Shown here one piece after another: positions 58,972 to 64,000 of a DNA stretch of 64,000 nt. Under the pieces are notes generated by a model. That model was not told the DNA's origin. It was given only the letters and a program-made list of their open reading frames with translations, and ran no database searches. Location: contig CBDCWI010000002.1 of the NCBI GenBank assembly GCA_965223325.1, forward strand, positions 3,520,001-3,584,000, in the 5' to 3' direction. Both the position numbers and the translations under genes were made by a program. The stretch comes from Candidatus Multivoradales bacterium (GTDB lineage Bacteria; Acidobacteriota; Thermoanaerobaculia; Multivoradales; Multivoraceae). Numbering within the stretch: the stretch's first letter is position 1; each line of letters opens with the position of its first letter.

Positions 58972-61900
58972 ATGATGTGGACCAGGGGATCTTTCTATTG
59001 GGCTTCGCAGGTACGAGCGCTGCTCGTCAGCATTGTTGGCATTGGGGTGCTGTTCGCAGGACTACCCGACGCCTCGCACGGGAGCGTTAGGCCGTTGAGC
59101 CATACAACACCCAACAGCGAGAGCGATGGATCGGACGAGACCTGCGTCAATCCTGAGGCCCTCACCCAGCTAGAGCGCGCCCTTCCGAGACTTGCCCTCG
59201 AGAAGGAGCACTGGGTCTCTGAACTCTCGAGTCTCGCCGAAGTCCGAGCGCTCTTGCGCTCGCAGGGCGCAGCGCCGGGCAAGGAGGCCGCCAGCGAGGC
59301 TGGCGCGTCCTATGAAGCCTCCGCGGATGAGATTGACCAGGTCTTTGAGTACCTCGAGAACGTTGGATCACCGACAACACGTCACCAGGTGGAGATTTCA
59401 TCCAGTACTTGGTCGGTCGAGCTCGACGTCGATCAGCGGGCATATCGTGCCGTACAGGTGGCGGCGATTCTCATTCCAGCCACGGTCGGAGCGATCGAAG
59501 GTCTCGTGAGCTACTACTGGGACCACAAGGTGCATGACGAGCCGTTCACTTGCGTTGGCGCGAGCAAGGCGACGATCGGCGGCGCGATTCTCGGAGCAGC
59601 GGCGCCGGCGTTCCAGGTGGCAGGGTATGCGCTGAGACTCAAGTACCTCAACGAGATCGGATCGAAGGCGGGGATGTTCCTCAACTCTGTTCCGGATGAT
59701 TTGGCTGCCGACGTTGTGCTTCAGATGTTCAACAGGACTCTTGGCTTCGACGTCAAAGTTCCGGAATTGGCCGAGGGCATCTCGACTCTCAACGAGTTCT
59801 TTGGCGCTCTAAATGATCTTCTTGTGGACGCGGTAACCGCCGGTCCTGGACTTCGAGGATTGATTGTTCTCTGGTGTTCGGCCGGTGGTGTACTCGCCGA
59901 CCTGGTAGCGGGGCGGTCGGTGAGCTTCAGGACCTTCGTGAGAGACGAGTTCATTCCGAACTTTGAAGAGGCGTTTGGGGTCCAGCTTCTGGAAATGAGT
60001 ATCGGACTCGACGCTGTCGTGGCAGCGGAAGAAGCGGAACCTGCAGAGGTTCGCTACGTTTCCGGGGCCCTCAAGACAAGGAACCAGGCGGGCACTCACG
60101 AGAAGGTGCTGTTCAATCCGAACGAAGTGGCCTCGTGGAGCACCGACGCCTACGTGTCTACCCCGGGGGCCTACAGGGCCGATGTGATTCTTTTTCGCGA
60201 TGGCGAAGACAGTCTCGGTGTTTCAGCATCCGATACTGCGTCCGTTGGCGGCGAGGGATCGATCAACTTCTCGGGTACGTTCAACACCGCGGACCTCTAC
60301 GAGGGGCAGGGAGCCGGCGAAGGATTGCATCACTTCCAGGTCAGCCTCGTGAACACAACCCAGGGTTGGGCTGAGTGGCTTCGAGATGGCCGAGGAGACA
60401 TCGCTCGCTTCCCGATCGAGATGCGGAACAACAGCCGGCCGTCCGTCACCATCGAGGTTCTCGGCATGGAGCTGAATCTGCCAGTGGTCACCTTGATCAT
60501 CGTTGATCCCGATGGGGAGCGGCCACAACAGGTGTCTTTTGAGATAGACGGTTCAGTGGAGGATTGGACTGGCGCCTTGCCCGCCGTTGGCGCGAGCGGC
60601 GTCAACTGGGCCGAGGGCTACAGCCTCCAGTTGCCGCCCAGGCATCTCTCGACAGGTATCTACTCGATTCAAGCCGCGGTTTCTGACAGCGGCGATACGG
60701 TGACGTCTGGGCCACCGCAGGAGCTTCGAGTGGGTGGGTTCGCGCAGCTCGATCTCCCGGCGGTCGTCCTTTCGGAAGTCGGGCGGCGTCATCAGCTCGC
60801 GGTGCGCCTCCGTGACAATGTCGGCGGGTTGCCGAATCGCCCGGTGTATCTCTACTCAGCTCAGGAGGGTCGCTTCTATGGAGAGACCGGCGAGAGTACC
60901 CGCAGAGCAGTCACCGATTTGAATGGCTGGGCGACCTTCGAATACAAGCCGTTGGAAGAAGGTCAACATCGACTAGAGGTCCACTCTCCCGCTGCAGTCC
61001 CGGACGTGGTCGTTCGGACGTCGAATGGCGTGTTGCCGGCGTGTTCTCCCCCCGAAGGTTTGCGCCTACTCAGTCCCAGTGACCAGAAGGCGAATGTCGG
61101 TGAAGAAGTCGAAATCGAGTGGAGAACGGCCGACGGTGCGTCGAGCTACGACATCTTTCTCGGTCCAACGAATCCACCGCCTTTCCGCACCAGTGTCTCG
61201 GCGCAAGAGGTGTTCGGCCAGGAAATGATCGTGGGAAACCTGACACCTGGAACCCAGTACTTCTGGAAGGTCGTCGCCCGTGCGGCGTGTAGTGGCGCCG
61301 AGCGAGCTGAGAGCGCGGTGCGCTCGTTCTTTACGCTGGGAAGCCCGGGAGGGGTCGAGCTAGTCAAACCACTGGACGGTGCTAGCGACCTGACAACGGC
61401 TCTCGTACTTGACTGGGAAAACGTCACCACGCCGGGGTCCACGACGTACTGGCTCTTCCTCGGTGAGACACCGGCACCTCCGTTCTTCGCTGACACAGAA
61501 GGGCGCTCGCAGGTACTGGTTGAGCTTGAAGCAAACCGGACGTACTTCTGGCGGGTCGAGGCTGTGGCGAACTTCGACCCTTCGCTAACTGCAACGAGTG
61601 CCACCTGGCAGTTCGAGACGGGCGGCGCCGCTTCGCAGACAGTCGAGCTTTCAGCGACCATGGATGCGGGGCTTCGCGGTGGTGCCTTTAGTAACAGGAA
61701 CTATGGAGGTGGTATCGGTGGACCTGCAGAAGAGTGGTTCTTTGGTGTGGGAAGTGGGGACGCGTTGTTCCAGGACCTCGGGAAAGAACCCATTCGTGGA
61801 GTCGTTCAATTCGATCTGTCGTCCGTTCCGGCCGGCGTGAATATCACTCATGCAAGCCTCCGTTTGATTTCGGCGGAATGGAACAATCCGATCAGTACCT

Positions 61901-63111
61901 CCACGGAGATGTTCTTTGACCCGTTCCTTTCGCCCTGGTCCGAAGAGTCGATTACCTGGTCTTCCCGCCCGCAGGTTTCCCTGGCAGACCGGGTCGAAGG
62001 GATCTTTCCGCCCAGCGGCTGGGCTCCCCTCGACACGAACGTTACGCCGCTCGTCCAGAAATGGGCCAGCGGCGCCCTTGCGAACAACGGGTTGTTGTTC
62101 TCAGTGCCCGACTGGGAAAGCACAACCAACCGCTGGGCGAGTTTCACCCAGAAGGAACGCGATGCCTCCGGGCTCTGGGCCGCGACTCTTGCCGTCACTT
62201 ACACGCTTCCGTGTTCGGCGCCGCCAGCGCCCCAGCTTGTCGGCCCGCTCGATGGCGCCACGAACGTGGAGGGTTCCGTGACGCTCGAGTGGGACGGCGA
62301 AGGAGCATCCGACTTTCTTGTGTACGTTGGAACCTCTCCGGGGCCAACCCAGAGCTCGCTCGTGAATGGCAGCTCTCTCGATATCGAGGTCGATCCGCTG
62401 ACTACCTATCATTGGCGGGTGGAGGCTTTGTCGGAGTGTGATGCCTCCTTGTCCTCGTCGTCGCCGGAACGTAGCTTTTCTACGGGAGGATGCGTTGCGC
62501 CTGACGAGCCGCTCCTGACCAGCCCGAGTCCCGATGCCCAGGGGGTTGCAAGGAGGCCCGTCCTTCAGTGGGAGCCAGCGGCCAACGCCAGCGAGTACGA
62601 TGTGCGCCTCGGCACTTCGAATCCGCCCACGCAGGTGGTGGCGACCTCAGTGACAACAAGCCAGATCATTCCCGCACTCCAGCCGGCCAATACCTACTAC
62701 TGGCAGGTTACGGCGCGGACGACGTGCGGTGATCAGCCGGAGCGCTCGACGCCTGTCCGAGCCTTCGTCACAGGTACCCCGCCGAGACTCGAGCAGGTAT
62801 CGCGACGCCTCCTCGTTTTCGGCAGTTCTGTCGAGCTTGGTGCGCACATTGCGGTTGAGGGAGGCCTTCAGCCTTTCGAATACGCGTGGACGATCGTCTC
62901 GGGCGCGGAGAATGCCTTCTTGGAGGCGGCCGGCTCGCACAACCCGATTCTGTGGCCTTCGAGGGACGGCGTCTTCGAGGTGCGAGTGCTCACGACAGAT
63001 GCGAATGGCTTCATCTCTAACACCGGTCAGATCGAGGTTCTAGTGCCAATGTTTGGTGACGATTTCGAGTCGGCTGACACAGATAGGTGGAGTTCTTCGA
63101 AGGGTGGGTAG
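58972..63111 (+). CDS. Large secreted multidomain protein (helical N-domain, Ig-like domains, four FN3-like repeats, DNRLRE-like domain, FxDDFES tail)
   Basis: RBS GGGAGAG; signal peptide; four P.L..P..G..W..Y..LG..YxWxV repeats; RGVVQFDLSSVP..ITHASLRL..WSEESITW..NNG; MFGDDFES. Confidence 0.8.
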   Translation: MMWTRGSFYWASQVRALLVSIVGIGVLFAGLPDASHGSVRPLSHTTPNSESDGSDETCVNPEALTQLERALPRLALEKEHWVSELSSLAEVRALLRSQGAAPGKEAASEAGASYEASADEIDQVFEYLENVGSPTTRHQVEISSSTWSVELDVDQRAYRAVQVAAILIPATVGAIEGLVSYYWDHKVHDEPFTCVGASKATIGGAILGAAAPAFQVAGYALRLKYLNEIGSKAGMFLNSVPDDLAADVVLQMFNRTLGFDVKVPELAEGISTLNEFFGALNDLLVDAVTAGPGLRGLIVLWCSAGGVLADLVAGRSVSFRTFVRDEFIPNFEEAFGVQLLEMSIGLDAVVAAEEAEPAEVRYVSGALKTRNQAGTHEKVLFNPNEVASWSTDAYVSTPGAYRADVILFRDGEDSLGVSASDTASVGGEGSINFSGTFNTADLYEGQGAGEGLHHFQVSLVNTTQGWAEWLRDGRGDIARFPIEMRNNSRPSVTIEVLGMELNLPVVTLIIVDPDGERPQQVSFEIDGSVEDWTGALPAVGASGVNWAEGYSLQLPPRHLSTGIYSIQAAVSDSGDTVTSGPPQELRVGGFAQLDLPAVVLSEVGRRHQLAVRLRDNVGGLPNRPVYLYSAQEGRFYGETGESTRRAVTDLNGWATFEYKPLEEGQHRLEVHSPAAVPDVVVRTSNGVLPACSPPEGLRLLSPSDQKANVGEEVEIEWRTADGASSYDIFLGPTNPPPFRTSVSAQEVFGQEMIVGNLTPGTQYFWKVVARAACSGAERAESAVRSFFTLGSPGGVELVKPLDGASDLTTALVLDWENVTTPGSTTYWLFLGETPAPPFFADTEGRSQVLVELEANRTYFWRVEAVANFDPSLTATSATWQFETGGAASQTVELSATMDAGLRGGAFSNRNYGGGIGGPAEEWFFGVGSGDALFQDLGKEPIRGVVQFDLSSVPAGVNITHASLRLISAEWNNPISTSTEMFFDPFLSPWSEESITWSSRPQVSLADRVEGIFPPSGWAPLDTNVTPLVQKWASGALANNGLLFSVPDWESTTNRWASFTQKERDASGLWAATLAVTYTLPCSAPPAPQLVGPLDGATNVEGSVTLEWDGEGASDFLVYVGTSPGPTQSSLVNGSSLDIEVDPLTTYHWRVEALSECDASLSSSSPERSFSTGGCVAPDEPLLTSPSPDAQGVARRPVLQWEPAANASEYDVRLGTSNPPTQVVATSVTTSQIIPALQPANTYYWQVTARTTCGDQPERSTPVRAFVTGTPPRLEQVSRRLLVFGSSVELGAHIAVEGGLQPFEYAWTIVSGAENAFLEAAGSHNPILWPSRDGVFEVRVLTTDANGFISNTGQIEVLVPMFGDDFESADTDRWSSSKGG

Positions 63112-63256
63112 TGGAGGGTGTCTCGATGTGTCCCGGCCTGTCAGAAGGGCGGTCTCGCCTCGCCTCGCTTCGGTACCGGTTCTCAAATGGCTCGAAGTGC
63201 ACACGAACGTGGTACCTGCTCGTCAACAAGGGTAGGCCGAACTCCGAAAGTAGGCT

Positions 63257-64000
63257 CTAAGACCTGGCCGCAACCCCAGTCAAAGACCCCGACCCCTGAG
63301 TCTTCAGATAGAGCGGCTCGATCCTCTCCGCGAACACCCGCAGCACCTCACGACGACGCACTTTCAATGTCGGTGTGATCTCGCCGCGTTCTTCTGAGAG
63401 CTCGCGCTCCAGAACCGCGAACTTGCGGATCCGTTCGTGGTCGGAGAGGCGGTCGTTGACGCGATCGACGGCCTCGCTCAAGATCTTGCGAAGCCGCTTG
63501 CTGGTGGCGAGTTCATCACCACTCAGCCGCTTGAACTCGGGAGGTAGTTCTTCAAAACGCGGGACGAGAAGCGCTGTGAGGTAGGGGTAGTTGTCACCGA
63601 TGACGATCGCCTGCGCGACAGCCCATTGGGCGGTGAGCATGCTTTCGATCGGTTGGGGCGCAATGTTCTTCCCGCCGGAGGTAACCAAAATGTCTTTCTT
63701 ACGGTCGGTGATGAACAAAAAGCCGTCTTTGTCGAGCTCGCCGATGTCGCCGGTGTGGAGCCAGCCGTCGGCGTCGATCGCCTCGGCGGTGGCGGTGGGG
63801 TTCTCCCAGTAGCCCTTCATGACGCCTTCGCTCTTGACCAGGATCTCGCCGTCGGGGGCGATCTTGACCTCGACGCCTGGCAACGGTGGACCCACCGAGC
63901 CGAGGCGCTTTCGGTCGTCGCGGTTCGCCGAGATCACCGGCGCCGCTTCGGTCATGCCGTAGCCCTGGTGGAGGTTGAGACCGACGGCTTCGAAGAACTC
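63257..64000 (-). CDS. Long-chain fatty acid-CoA ligase (C-terminal part; truncated by the window edge)
   Basis: QGYGMTE, GWLHTGDIG, ITDRKKD..GGKNIAPQPIE, TPTLKVRR. Confidence 0.93.
   Translation of the reverse strand, partial: EFFEAVGLNLHQGYGMTEAAPVISANRDDRKRLGSVGPPLPGVEVKIAPDGEILVKSEGVMKGYWENPTATAEAIDADGWLHTGDIGELDKDGFLFITDRKKDILVTSGGKNIAPQPIESMLTAQWAVAQAIVIGDNYPYLTALLVPRFEELPPEFKRLSGDELATSKRLRKILSEAVDRVNDRLSDHERIRKFAVLERELSEERGEITPTLKVRRREVLRVFAERIEPLYLKTQGSGSLTGVAARS

Noticed and set aside
63112-63256. Island boundary or att site
   Set aside because: No direct repeat matching the 51700-51850 region, and no tRNA or integrase seen

Overview
High-GC bacterial chromosomal segment, most likely from an Acidobacteriota (Thermoanaerobaculia-like) genome. 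This placement is inferred from an ADOP-type duplicated permease, an IPTL-CTERM tail and FxDxFES-tailed secreted proteins. From left to right the window holds: (1) a complete type III PKS / methyltransferase / ACP / FAAL / flavin oxidoreductase cluster in the gene order of the Myxococcus ftp operon; (2) ArsR-SRPBCC with a clear operator; (3) lysR-gltBD and thrA-asd-thrB-thrC; (4) an ECF sigma-DUF302-His-rich protein module; (5) the ADOP permease and a GNAT; (6) ppiD-ruvA-ruvB; (7) mreBCD-mrdA-rodA-rng, followed by a Kdo/WaaP-like kinase fused to a GH-A-like barrel and wzm/wzt; (8) PepF, a cytochrome c-copper monooxygenase-like protein, MOSC, a collapsed adhesin gene, a TonB receptor and FKBP; (9) an accessory module with a membrane Ser/Thr kinase, an FHA-sigma54 activator with a non-canonical GVATGV loop, a divergent -24/-12 promoter and two large secreted proteins sharing a C-terminal FxDxFES motif. 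Two families of small palindromic repeats lie in intergenic regions. No tRNA, rRNA, CRISPR array or transposase was recognised. All calls come from motif reading by eye; no database searches were run.
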